From Antedon mediterranea (Eukaryota > Animalia > Echinodermata), in assembly GCF_964355755.1 (NCBI RefSeq), contig NC_092670.1, forward strand, positions 18,958,795 to 19,022,794: a DNA stretch of 64,000 nucleotides. Direction: 5' to 3'. Each line of letters starts with the position of its first letter. The stretch's first letter is position 1. The notes beneath the pieces were generated by a model. The model ran no database searches. It saw nothing but the letters and a program-made list of their open reading frames with translations, and had not been told where the DNA came from. Below, piece by piece: positions 24,534-38,017 of this stretch. The translations under genes were made by a program, and so were the position numbers.

Positions 24534-27500
24534 TTATGCAACAAACTGGCTTATATACCACTCCGGTACAAACTGATGGGGCTGGCCTTCTTCAATTGTG
24601 TATGTGACTTGATTACTGCCAGGTCTGCGTTCAAATAAATATACAACTCTGAAAAAATAACATCAATATTTGTGATGAATAGCATAATATTTGTGATGAA
24701 TAGCATGATACAGTAATGACTTACCTAGAATAATGCAAGATCACATAAGGGAGAATAGAATTTAGAAACTTGTTTACAGCATAGAGCATAATTTGTTCAA
24801 ATATTTAGGCAGTGTAACCGTAATACCTAGCCATAACATCGGTTAGTTCGAGCCTTACTCGCTCCGTGGTTCTGGTGGGAAAACAAGTTTTCTTGGATAA
24901 GGACTATAAACCGTAGGTCCAGTGTACACATCTAGCTCATGTGCACTTTAAAGAACCTAGTACATCTTATCATAACTCATGAGAGCTCCTTGATTGTCAC
25001 CATATGCTGTTTAGGGTCACCCTCTATAAATAAGGTTGAATACAAATAAATTTAAAATATGGTAATTGACTAACCTTGGGTCATCTTGTGTCACTTGAAA
25101 CTTCACATAATTTAAAAAATAGTCACAGAAATTCATACACACAGATGCATTCCAAGCATGCTCCTAAAATATTAATTGTGGCACCTGAGTTATGTTTTTT
25201 TTAAATGACATTGAGTTAAACAAAATGAAAAACTTGCTAACATAGTAAAAATGGACATGATGTTATTTCTCAGTAATACTTTTACCATCTGCAATATGTA
25301 ACATACATAACATACAGTAGTGTGAATACAATTTCTGAAAAACCTCTCGAGATTTCACAGGGAAGGGACCCCTGTGAAATCTTGGAAGAAAAACACACCG
25401 ATGAGAGGCCTGTTTTTGTTCAGAGATGTCCCGAGTTGTTACTGCATGCGCATACTGACCAATCATAGTAATCAAACAGCGCACAACTATGCTTTCTCCT
25501 GAGATTTTACAAAAAAAATGTAATAAGTCTGGAGATCAAACTATAACTTGTTACAATTTGTAACAATTTATGCAGATAAAGGGTATAAGTTGCCTTTGGA
25601 TTTTTATACTGTATTGTTATTTATAATACTTTTAAAACAATTTTTACCTGTGACTGTCTAACAATGTCAGGTATTTCAAAGGTGTTGAACCTCTCCACCT
25701 GTAGTACAATACCCTCGTCATCTCGAAATCCCCCAATAATTGTGGGAACACCTATGAGAAATGACTGTGCCCACCACTTTAATAACTTAAACCTATGTAG
25801 GAAAAAAATGAGAGAGCGGTCGATTTTAGTGAAAACCAATTAAGATTGAAAACATGTGGGGCTCGCAAACTTTGTGTTGATTGTCACTTCAATTATGAAA
25901 TACAGTAATAGTGTACTTTTTATAAACAAAACAAAATTATTCCATATATATAACTTCTTTTAGCTTCTAAAAGTGCTGGGGTTACTGGGGTCGACACTGA
26001 TTACTGCAGTAACTGCAGAAAGTGTTTACGTGAATTATTATACTTACCTGTGGAAGTTCCTCTTATTGTTGGGTGCATATAGGATCCTGTTTGTTTTTAA
26101 TTCTATATAATTAGATGGAGGTTGAAGTTTAGGGTCATTGAGACAGCAATCAACCTCTCCAGTATAAATCATTGAGTGTTTATTCAAACGAGTACGGACA
26201 ACACTGCAGTAAGCCTCAGAGTTATTTACTGGAACATTTGTATTTGGCTCTTGAAGTCCGTCCACTGTAATGAATAAATAACAAATATTGTAATTTACCT
26301 CCGCCAAGGAGGTATATGTAATCGGTAGTGTGTGTTTGTTTGTTTGTTTGTATGTTTGTTTGTTTGTTAGCAGGATTACTCAAAAAGTAAATACAAGATC
26401 TTGACCAAAATGAATGTACAGATAGATATGTGGTCAAGGACCATTCCATTAAATTTTGGGGCCATTTGGGGACCATGGTCCCAATTCTGGACCACTTTTA
26501 AATATACTTTTCAGACCTGCTAGTGTTAAAAGATAGGACAGAAATTTCAAAAGCCGGTGAGCAGTCTTAAAGTAACAAGTAAACTAAAATTGCATTTTCT
26601 CGAGAACTACTTGTCTAAAAAATTTTATTTTTGTACAAGAGGTAAGAGTTATATTTTGTGATTTGTAATTTTAAAACATAATTAGATTTAATGTACAAGT
26701 TTTTTGATACGAGTAGTTTAAAAATCCTATTTCTTTTCAAATTCATTCGTTTGATTTTCGCGTTTCTGTTCTATTGTTAGTCGGCTGAAGCTATTGTTAG
26801 TTGAAAGGCGGGTTACATAACCTTTACACCAAACTCGCATACAATGCTTATAGTGTAATTAGCCTAATTCACACGCAGCATTAAGACACACTTTCCGGTG
26901 ACTAAATCTGATGTAGAAAAGTTTTACAGTAGGTGGAGGTATGCACTCTCGGAGTGGCTTTCTAGTTTAGTATAGTACTTACTTTGTTTGTTTGTTTGTT
27001 AGCATGATAGTGCCTACAATTTTCAAGTTATAATTCTGAATATTTCGGTGTACATATAGTAGAACATGGCAGTTGAAATTCAAGAAAATCGGTTCATTAA
27101 TAACTTCACAAAGAAAAATTTGTATTCTTTTAACATTTCATTTATTTATTTGACCAACAAAACATAATATTCAATGTACAAAGATGAATTGGTCAGGGAC
27201 TGCTAAAGTAATATGATTACTGTAACTACAAGAGTCAGCAGTCTCAAAATATCAACATGTGTCCTCTGTGCCAATATGTTGCCAAGTACTTCACTTTGAG
27301 TGCTTTGATTATTAGAGTGGTATTTGAATTAGAGTTTTTAAGGGGATATTAAAAAAAGAAACTCCTACTTACCACTTGTCATATACTGCTCAAACTTGTA
27401 CCCCCAGTACCCCATTTCTTTCTCCCTGTCCGACATGTTTTTTCTTCGTTCTTTATTCTCTTTTGTTTCCACTTCACTTATGTAATAAGTGCCACGGAAT

Positions 27501-28260
27501 AACGTGACAGCCATCATCCACCCCTCTCGTTGTTCATATGGTGTGCACATTATTTTCGTGAAATGTCCTCGCCAAGCAACAAAGTCTGTGTTTAAACTAT
27601 TAAAATAGAATTTATAATTTATTGCAGTCACTGGGTGTTTAATGTGCTTGTACGCATAAACAATTAAATTAAAATGCTGACAAAGTTGTTACTTAATGTA
27701 AAAATCAAATAATACAACATTTTTCCTTTATATTTGCTTGTTATGACAATACAATACATTGCAACAACCAATCATTTGCAATATTACCTCAGCGCTGCAT
27801 AGATTCCTAAAATGGAACAAGTTATTTTATAAAGTTATTACCCCGTGCAGTACCTTCGTATTTTTGGATCATCATCATCTTTTTTCTTTGCTTCTAACAC
27901 AAAATGTTTCTTCATCCCCAAAATCCATCTCATAATATTATTGAGTCTTTCCTTCACATCATCATCACGCTTCTCATAAACGCTGTACCCATGCTGCAAA
28001 TCATAATGGACACTTTTCTCTCTTGTGTCATACAGATATTTCAACATGCGAGCATCTGTGTGGAGTTTCCGGTCCTTATCCATTGAAAAACATCCCACTT
28101 CCACTGGTTGACGGAAGAAAGGAAATTTACCATTAAACCTAGAAATTGGCTGGACTTGTAGAATCTTTCTTTCTACACGTTCATCTTTTGTATGTTTTGA
28201 AGATGCTGCATTTGAAGTTGACGATTCTTCAGTGGATAGGTCATCAATAGAACGTTTCAT
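24534..28260 (-). CDS. DXO: Decapping and exoribonuclease protein; exons ~27854-28260, 27373-27597, 26048-26264, 25648-25792, 25075-25163, 24534-24648
   Basis: DFVAWRGHFTK, GYKFEQY, GEVDC, YIELKT and KWWAQSFLIG are DXO/Rai1 motifs. Confidence 0.95.
24808..25055 (+). mobile_element. SINE fragment, same Nin/Deu-type core
   Basis: GTTCGAG B box; GGATAAGGACTATAAACCGTAGGTCCAGTGTACACATCTAGCTCATGTGCACTTTAAAGAACC. Confidence 0.75.
26295..26966 (+). mobile_element. Non-autonomous Helentron/DINE-1-like (HINE) element
   Basis: 5' TTACCTCCGCC, (GTTT)n microsatellite, 3' sub-TIR GGTGGAGGTA, hairpin CACTCTCGGAGTG, CTAGTT end, T-rich target. Confidence 0.8.
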
Positions 28261-29644
28261 GTTAGCAGTTTGTAAGAAGACTTCAAATACATAACAGTAC
28301 TGTATAAAGAATTTAAATTTGGCAGTATTTAGTGCGAGTTATCAGTTACGTCATGTGTGTTGGATGGAGCACTTTTCTTCTTCTCAGTTATCTGCAAATA
28401 GAAAGTAGACATTTTTATTTGATTACGACTACTACTACAGCAGGCGTAGCCGGGTCATTTTATAGTCATACATAGACCAAATCCTCAGTCCTGTCTGCAG
28501 TACCTTTCACTGCTGAATAATAAAAAACTAGCCTAGGTTTACTAAGCTAGGTTGGCTAGAGAAGTATTTTACTACTACTACTAGGATAGTACTACTACTA
28601 CAGTACTGTAAAGCTAGGCTATATAGGCCTAGAGTTAGTATAGTAGTAGTAGTATATAATAATGTAAGTAAGTTTACATAGCCTCTGGCTAGACGCTTTA
28701 CCACCCCAGTCAACTAAAATATGATGACAAATCTTTTCTTATTATCATTATCATGCATGCATAATGTAACCTTGTAATTTTCCCTCGTATACAGAGTACC
28801 GGTACTGCATTTTCTTTTTTAATTCATTAATTGCAATAGCGCCCTCTAAACATATTAAAGATGTCTGCGCCTATGTAGTCGGCCATGTTTGTTTTTATGT
28901 TTTGTATCACGTGGAAAGAATAAGAGTTTCTATAAATAGAGGGCGCTAGACTGGTTTTCGTATCGGTCACAGAGACTACGGTTCCGTGATGAGCCAATCA
29001 ACGTCAAGAAAGAAACTAAAATATTAATTTGCAAAAGACTCAGCACCATGGAGAAAACCACTACACTACAAACTAGTTTGACAAAAAAAGTGTGATGAGC
29101 CCAAATAGGGTAGTGATATGATATCATCATGTCCATTTTATGGGCACATCACATTTTTTTGTCACATAAAGTTGATAGTGTAGACAGAGCTTTAAAGTAA
29201 TTAGGACAGTCATTTGTCCACTACAGTAATTTTGGTAATACAGTAGTTGACTAAAATGATATTAAACAATAACACAACAGATGACAAATTAAAAAAGTAA
29301 CAATACAACCAATAACTCTCATAATTTTATTATAATTATATATATTATAATATGATATATACAGTCATATAAAAAGTTTACAATCGAGCACCGCCAAATA
29401 AAATTCAAGATCTTCCATCTTTTAATGACATAACCAAAAACATTACCTATATCTATTATCAAGAGAAAGACTTTAAATAGTCAGTAGCTACTGGATGTAT
29501 GATGAATTTGTTATATTTTATTATAATTATATATTTCTGATACATTTCCAATTTAACTAAATGTTGCAAAAAGTGACAATTTTATTGTAGGGTTCTGTGT
29601 ACTAAATCAAAACATTTAAGGAAACCTCCTAAACTCCTCCCATG

Positions 29645-31980
29645 TTACCTATCGATTCTAAGCATTAGTCCAGATGTGGTATCGATTCTGAAAATAAAAT
29701 ATGACATATTTAAATCCAAGGGAAAATTACTGAAAAAAACAACAATTCTGTTTATAAAAATGGTTGGATCTAATAATGAGAAGTAAGATAAGTGTTTGCT
29801 TACTTGGTAACAGCACCACTTCCCAGTATTTCTTCTATGTGATATTTCATTCCTAATGTTTTTGTTGCTTTTAAGTCTTTTGTTTCTAAGTCCTAAAAAT
29901 ATTATTAAAATAAGAATAGTATATATATAATATATATGTAGTGGATGTGTAAATAAATAAATATGTAAACTAAAGAAATATATAGAAGAAGAAGTATATA
30001 CAGTCAACTCTCCCAATACCAGACACTCTGAAAACCAGAAACTCTCCAAAAACCAGACTTTTCTTGAAGTTTAAACAGTCCCTAATTCATTTTTACCATT
30101 AAAAACACATTCTGAATACCAGAGTTTCCGGAAAAACCAGACATATTTGGTCAGCCCAAAGGTCTCTGGTATTGGGAGAGTTAACTGAACTAGAAAATAT
30201 CTTACCCTCAACAGAATTTGTTTATATTTTGAATTCCTTATTGTTCGCAGAATCGCATCACGTCCTGTGGAAGAAAATACAATTTAAAACAACAATGTAT
30301 AGACTATATTTTTTTTAAATACTTTCTTTAATTGAAATTGCAACAAAAGAGGAATATGATGACAAGAAAAATAACAAACCCTTTGTGAAATGGCGAATAA
30401 AGAAACCAGCACCAGGCAATGCAATCCACCAACTGCCAAAATCTCTTACATTTAAAACACCGCCATTAACAAGTTCACTAGTGTAGTATAAAACAAAATA
30501 AAAATAATTTGATTATTATTAATATAGGCCTATAGGCTTGTTTCTCATTTGGACGCAAGTCAGGGATGAGGCCACGAGAAATAAAATGGTTTTTTTGCAA
30601 GAAAAGGGAACAATCTTTGTTCAAGCCACTGGGTTGTCAATGGCCCCTGTGAAAAAGTGGTAAGATTGTAACCTTACCAACCATACCAGAGTAGCTGCGG
30701 CCCTAAAGGATGTAACAAGCGCACATACTTTGATCAATCACAACCTGATGGTTAATCCCAACTGTTGCTTATGATGGGTTGCATCTACTTGCATTGCATC
30801 AAATGAGAACTAAACTTATAGTTTGCACTCAATTTGTCACCTGTAATATGCTAATTATTGCATATAAATAGGGTTCCACTAACGCTAACCTAGTTGAAAG
30901 CAAATGTTCTTACGTAATTTCTTCATCTTTAAATTCAAGATGCTCAACCAACATCTGTTTGTCAACACTAACACTATTTGTTTTCTCCACTACACTGCTC
31001 AAGAATCTTTTGATGATTGGTTTATCTGATAAATGTTTGTTAACATGTTCAACATAGTCTTTAGTGAACACAATGCTAAATTCATCTGGCCGTGTTCCCA
31101 AATTTAAAAGTTTTATTTCTTTGGTATCTCTGAGCTCATTCTAAGGGGAAAAAGAAATATATAAAACAATATTGAACAACAATTTCTTCTGAAGAAAAAT
31201 TTCATACTGTACTATTTTGGTTTGTATGACAATAAAAGATCTGTATCTGTATCTGTAAGATCTGTATCTGTAAGATCTGTATCTGTAAGATCTGTATCTG
31301 TAAGATCTGTATCTGTAGTATCATATATGTCATAATAATAATAGATAGATTTATATAGCGCAAATAAACGATGTCTCTATGCACTCGACAATAGAAAGAG
31401 TGGAAAACAAAAGGAGGAGAACAAAAAGACAAAAACACCAAGCTAGCACCCAAACCGGAGTATGGGGATACACCATCATCGCTAACTGGGGATCAGTGTG
31501 TAAGTACCCATGTTAATGATAGATTATGTAGAATTTGCATTGACCACAATAAACAAATATTTCTTTACTTTTCAGAAGTCTTACCACTTGTTTATCAACT
31601 AGCGTTCTATTCGTCATCACATTGTAAAGTTGATGTTTTATAATAATTGGCGGTAGACGTCCTGCTAAGCCATCTGTGTTGACTAGTGAATGCAAATACA
31701 TCAATGCTGCATGGCAGTCCGATGGCACAGTTGAATCTAAGAAAGATTTTATTTATTAATTTCTGAATCAAATGGAAACAAGTTACTGTAATGTATTATA
31801 CAAAACCCAATAAAGCCTATCTTTTTTAGAAATTTTTTTGAAATATTTTTAGATATAAAACTTTTGAAATTGAATAATGATAGTACCAGCAGCTTCATCG
31901 CCCCAATCCTCGGATGTCTGACTTTGTATTCTCGGTCTCTTTTTAGTTTTGAACACATCTGGAATTTTGGCTCTCTTCAT
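29645..31980 (-). CDS. STK19: STK19 (winged-helix repair factor); exons ~31887-31980, 31587-31736, 30914-31141, 30380-30477, 30206-30264, 29803-29892, 29645-29687; non-coding first exon ~32471-32540
   Basis: MKRAKIPDVF, LPPIIIKHQLY, NRTLVDKQ, RDFGSWWIALPGAG, LGMKYHI, DTTSGLMLR. Confidence 0.9.
30001..30188. mobile_element. Second copy of the Tc1/pogo-type MITE
   Basis: CAGTCAACTCTCCCAATACCAGA...TCTGGTATTGGGAGAGTTAACTG; similar to 12342-12527. Confidence 0.85.
31237..31317. repeat. 15-bp tandem repeat (AAGATCTGTATCTGT) x ~5
   Basis: Direct reading. Confidence 0.9.
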
Positions 31981-32755
31981 CTTTATTATTAGATCTGTAT
32001 ACTCATCATAAACTAATCTGAAAGAAAAAATGTTTTGAGTGAACGTTTTATTTACTGTTTTTACTTTTTTATAACTATTTTTTTTTATTTTATACTAATT
32101 AAGTACTAGCTATTCGTCAAAATCAACACAAATTGCAGGCACTAATATAAATAAAGTTAATCTGGAGTTATTTAGAGAAGGGTGAGTGAGTGTATATCTC
32201 TCTGGTTAGAGATCAGTGTGGAGGGTCAGTTAAGTTTTGCCACGTGTATATTCGTGTATATAGGCCTAGGCTAGGCCAACAAGACCAGGCAACTCAGGGC
32301 AACTATACTGTCTAAACCCTCAGTCAGCTAGCTTACTAGCCTAGGCCTACTAGCTAGAGATCTTAAAAAAACAGACAATATTGACTGCTGTATATGGTTA
32401 CACAGGTAGTATGCTTAACGTCGTAAACTTTAAGAATAAATGAAGATAGGCAAAACAAAACAACCCCTTACCTCTGAGCAATTTGATGGGAAAAATCCAG
32501 CGACAACGGAATTTCCAAAAGTCGCGCAACAAATTCCGCTCCCACCACAACACAGAGGAAGGATAATCTCCCTACTCCAATCCAGGAGATCTTCTACGCA
32601 TGTGTAGATATTTACTACGTCATCATATATGTATCGTATTTTACTTGCGGTCCGGCCATGCAGTATTTACTCACACGTCGCTTATTTTATACCGTATTAC
32701 AGTACTTAAATATATGTAGGCCTATATCGCTTTCCCAGACATCCCACAGCTATAT

Positions 32756-35700
32756 TAGTAGAGAGGCCAAATACACAAAAGTCCTCTATAAAAAGTTTGG
32801 AGGGCATTTTTTGTTAATAGCAGGCAACCATGTTGAATGTATCCTTTGTGGGGTGACAAAAACGATAGGGGTGGATGCCATCTTCAGTTTTGGGTTTTAA
32901 GGTCAGTTTATGTGGTCAAGAGGTCAAACAAGGTCAAAATATAGGATTTTTTTTTATTCACGGAAAATCATCTACATCATCAGATCTATCCAAAAAAGGT
33001 ATATCTGAAGATCAACTGATGCTTCATATTATAGTAATTATGAGATAAACATTTAATTTTACACATAAAAACATAGGAAATTAAATATAAAAGTGTCATT
33101 TTCTCAAAATGTTATTTTCACATATTTCTGTAAAGTACACACAGTTTTTTAATAGGCTTTTCCCAGTCTGTTGTAAATTTGTCTTTTTTATGTTGTCCAC
33201 CAGTCATCGTTTTGATTTTTGTCGGAAAAAATAGGTCAAGTGTTATATGTATGAAACGCCATATGTGCCAAAAGATTGGTCTTTTACTATAATATTAATA
33301 TTACCTATAATAATGTAATACAGTAATATTTAGAAATTTGTTTTTAGAAAAATTAATAATATTACCTATAATAATGTAATAATATTTAGAAATTTGTTTT
33401 TAGAAAAATTTCGAAAACAGAGACCCCCTATATGACCTAATGTCGAGATGTTTTTGTTTGGGTCAGAGACCCCCTATAATGTAATTATTTAAACATTTTT
33501 TTCATTATTTCAATGATACAAGTTTTTATTGAAGTTTGTTGTTTCAAGAAATCTCGAAAGAGAAACCTGGGTATCGGGTCTTTGTTTTCAAAAACCCTGA
33601 CTATTGGACTTTATCAAGGTTGGAAGGAGTGGTAATTGGGGACTTCTTCTTGAGGCCTTCGCATCTATGCTATCATGGCTGACGGTGATAACAAATATAA
33701 AACTCCTTAAGTAATTAAGAAGTCCTTTATACACATGGATAAAGACGGTTTTAACGTTATTAACAAACATTACGTTACGTACTGTGTCCAGGTATGAAAT
33801 CCATTTCTCCCAAAAAGTAAACGCACTTGAAGAGGACAGCGTCATGCGACAAATCAAATTCCAGCTATCCATTCTTATTCATATGAAGATCGTTTAAAGT
33901 TGGCTTGGCCGAACAACCCTGTATGACAGACGAATTCATGGTGACTTGATTAAAAATTTTCAAAAGATTTCGAGGGTGTAGCCAAGGAAGACTTCCTTCA
34001 AATAAGATGCAATCTAAGCAGAAATACACAAGGACATCAGCTTAGACTTTTTAAACCTAAATTTCACAAAGGACTGATAGGAGATCCACTTTTTCACAAT
34101 TAGTAATTATATATTTTAATAGTTTGCCAACCAAAGTCGTCATTTCTGAAACCACCAACACATTTAAAAACCGATTGGATTCGTTGTAGAAATTAGGTCA
34201 AAAGGGTAAACAAATTTACTATCAGAACCAATATTCTAAACACTGAGTGGATGATTGATCAATTCAAAATAGAATCATTGGTATAACAAGAAACGCTGTA
34301 CTTCATTGATAGGTTCTGCATGACATGGTCAGACTGATCACGAATCACACATAATACACAATATTCTTTCGAACTGACAGATGATAAGGAAGATCTTATA
34401 TTTAAAGTAACAACTTATTGAAAAAAAGAAAAACAGTAGAACTTAGAACTACATGAGCCACTGAGAAAGCATCGCTCTAAACCTTTGCGGATTTCTATAA
34501 GGCAACTGTTTCGATAAAGTATATAACTGACAGAAAATCTGCTGATGAACCATTGGAGTATGATCATAGCCCAATTTTAATATCTTTAACCAAATATGAC
34601 TTCACATATCTTGATGGATGGCGTTGAAATACCCACAGATGTTCCAGAAGAAAACTTACAGTAAAAACATGATGGTCATGCACTATAGGATGCAGTAAAC
34701 ATGGCTATAAACATTGGTGACTATGCAAGTATTTATGCAAGTTACCTAGATATTTCGTCATTTTGTTGTATTTGATCATTACATTGGAAAGGAGTGGATA
34801 AAAGCAGTGACACGATTGAAAGGATAGTCCCAATGTACTAATCTGTACTTCCATATGTGTTTTGGGCCACACTCATCGGTTTGGAGGAGAACAAATATCA
34901 CACAGTTTTTAGACATTCTTTATGTCAATAACAAAGAGCTTGCAATTATACATGAAAGTTGATGTTAATTAATGATATGCACTTTGTAACAGTAGCCTTC
35001 AAAAGTATGGACGATGTCTGGTATAGTGAACAATAAAATGGTTGAAAACCTATTAAGAATAATCTAACCAGCTTCCATGCCATTGCAGCACATCATTATT
35101 TGCTGATTATGGGAAGAGGTACGTCATACTGGAAATCATTTGTAACGCATCCACTCCTTGTAAATGGAATTGATTAAGATTAAGACTTTCCACGTACAGT
35201 GTACACTAAAATTTAATATTGCCAAATATATGGTACTCTTCAGCAGATAACTGTATAGACTACAGACTACTCTTTGGTGCTACCTCCATCTAGACTCAGT
35301 GACCATATACCATTAACACTAGTGATATATATTTCCCTTAAATATTAAGTATTTCACTTCACTCAATAAATATTTAAGTACCTGTATTTCTACTTCGGGA
35401 AACACTTAAAATTAAAAAAACTCACCTATGGTGAATACAGACATCATAGAACCTAAACATACGAGCCAACTATCAAGCAGAGATCAGGTTGTGGCCTAAA
35501 TGAATCGGGTCGTTTGGAAGCCCCTAACCCAGTTGTCAGTTTGGAACTTGCTACATGTGTATGTAAACTAAAGAGCCAGATGAAGTTGTTACAGAAAGCA
35601 TGCATATGTGGTTGTGATTCAATCGTTTGCCGTTACCCAGATGGCCAATAGGCATTATATATCAGTGCTTGAAGAAATACCCACCACAGAGCGTTACCTC

Positions 35701-36345
35701 CTTCCATCCCAGAAAAACTTCGAATATTGGCATGTGCCCATGCCGCCCATTACTCCCAACCCACAAACCCTCTGTGACCGTTTTTAAATGAAATTTAAGA
35801 CATTCCAGTAGGCCTCCAATTTCGGTTATTTTGATACTCTAGGACTCATCCTCTCCATTCCTTGAACACCTTCCAAGAGTGACTCAAAAATTTTAAAATC
35901 TTCCCAGTACAATTCTGATCTTTTTGATACCACACTATCTTTAACCATCAGCCCAAGGCTATCATGAAAATTATATTTATTTCAATTATTAATACCGATA
36001 ATTAACAGTGTCTGTGCTCTATTTGACCTTATGACCTTGAAAATGACCTTTAAACTTGTAAGTTGAAAAATTGATGAACTTCACCATCTGCAGCAATATG
36101 TCAATAATGATCCAATAATGGTTACATTTCTTTTAATTAGCTTATATGTTGTTGAAAACAGCTTAAACCTCTATTTTACCATATTTGACCTTATAACCTT
36201 GAAAATGACCTTTGACCTGAAATTTGAGAGCGGCATCCACCCCTATCTTTTTTGTCATCCCATAAGGGATATATTCCACATGGTTGCCTGCTATTAACAG
36301 AAAATGCCCCCCATGATGAAAAAGCTCACATTGGCCGCCCTACTA
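32756..36345 (+). mobile_element. Decayed Academ DNA transposon
   Basis: TAT|TAGTAG...CTACTA|TAT (3-bp TSD), ~190-bp TIRs, transposase relics FHAIA, LPPS, IRANYQAEIRLW and LELATCVCK at ~35070-35620. Confidence 0.8.
33690..34200 (+). mobile_element. CR1-like LINE 3' fragment inside the Academ element
   Basis: RRIHGDLI, TQGHQLRLFKP, NSLPTKVVISETTNTFKNRLD. Confidence 0.7.
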
Positions 36346-36665
36346 TATAGGTTAATATACATGGAATTAAAGTGTAGGCCTACCAAACATTTTTGAAAAA
36401 GATATTATTAGATATCATAATCGGGTTATGTTTATGCTGTAGGAAAAAGGAGAATCAACGTAAACGAATACTTAATCTATGCCTACTATGATTCCGGTAA
36501 ATGCACTGTACATAGCCGTATACCTGCCCTGACATATGACAAATAAGACATTTATTATTTGTCATCCTTCAGGGCAGGTTATTGTAATATAACGATACTT
36601 TTATATTTAAGAAATTGACCTTTGTATCGGAATTCAAATAGGTTCACAAACTTGACCCAGAAAGT

Positions 36666-38017
36666 TACGAAAGCCCATTAATGCCATTTGAAGTATATGT
36701 TTTTCGAACGTAATCCGTTCTAACGAATTAGTAATTCGTTTGAACGGATTAATAATCTGTTCAAACGAATTAGTAATCCGTTCAAACGAATTGCAACATA
36801 TACAACAAGTGCCATTTAAAGTATATGTTGTAATTCGTTTAAACGGATTACTAATCCGTTCAAACGAATTACTAATTTGTTTAAATGGATTACTAATTTG
36901 TTCAAACGAATTACTAATTCGTTCAAACGAATTAATAATTTGTTTAAACGGATTACTAATTTGTTTAAACGAATTAATAATTTGTTTAAACGGATTACTA
37001 ATTTGTTTAAACAAATTAGTAATTTGTTTAAACAAATTAATAATTTGTTTAAACAAATTAATAATTTGTTTAAACAAATTAATAATTTGTTTAAACAAAT
37101 TAATAATTTGTTTAAACGGATTACTAATCTGTTTGAACGAATTAGTAATTCGTTTGAACGAATTAGTAATCCGTTTAAACAAATTAGTAATTTGTTTAAA
37201 CAAATTAATAATTTGTTTAAACGGATTACTAATTCGTTTAAACGAATTAGTAATCCGTTCAAACGAATTGCAACATACACAACAAGTGCCATTTAAAGTA
37301 TATGTTGTAATTCGTTTGAACGGATTACTAATCCGTTCAAACAAATTACTAATTTGTTTAAACGGATTACTAATTTGTTCAAACGAATTAGTAATCCGTT
37401 TAAACAAATTAATAATTTGTTTGAACGGATTAGTAATCCGTTCAAACGGATTACTAATCTGTTTAAACGAATTACTAATTCGTTTAAACGAATTATTAAT
37501 CCGTTTAAACAAATTATTAATTTGTTTAAACAAATTAATAATTTGTTTAAACAGATTACTAATTCGTTCAAACGAATTACTAATTCGTTCAAACAGATTA
37601 GTAATCCGTTTAAACAAATTATTAATTTGTTTAAACAAATTATTAATTTGTTTAAACGGATTACTAATTCGTTTGAACGAATTAGTAATCCGTTTAAACA
37701 AATTATTAATTCGTTTAAACAAATTAGTAATCCGTTTAAACAAATTAGTAATTCGTTTGAACGAATTAGTAATTCGTTTGAACAAATTAGTAATCCGTTT
37801 AAACAAATTAGTAATTCGTTTGAACGGATTAGTAATCCGTTTAAACGAATTACAACATATACTTTAAATGGCACTTGTTGTATATGTTTCAATTCGTTTG
37901 AACGGATTACTAATTCGTTTGAACAGATTATTAATCCGTTCAAACGAATTACTAATTCGTTATAACGGATTACGTTCGAAAAACATATACTTAAAATGGC
38001 ATTAATGGGCTTTCGTA
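36666..38017. mobile_element. Foldback DNA transposon with 21-bp internal repeats, IS3EU-type termini, inserted in the 5' LTR
   Basis: GAAAGT|TACGAAAGCCC...GGGCTTTCGTA|GAAAGT; the 3' LTR shows the empty site CCCAGAAAGTCCAG. Confidence 0.85.

Noticed and set aside
36634-37965. Long overlapping ORFs on both strands (FKRITNL / IRLNELV heptads) resembling coiled-coil or LRR proteins
   Set aside because: Translation of the 21-bp internal repeats of a foldback transposon; no independent coding evidence.
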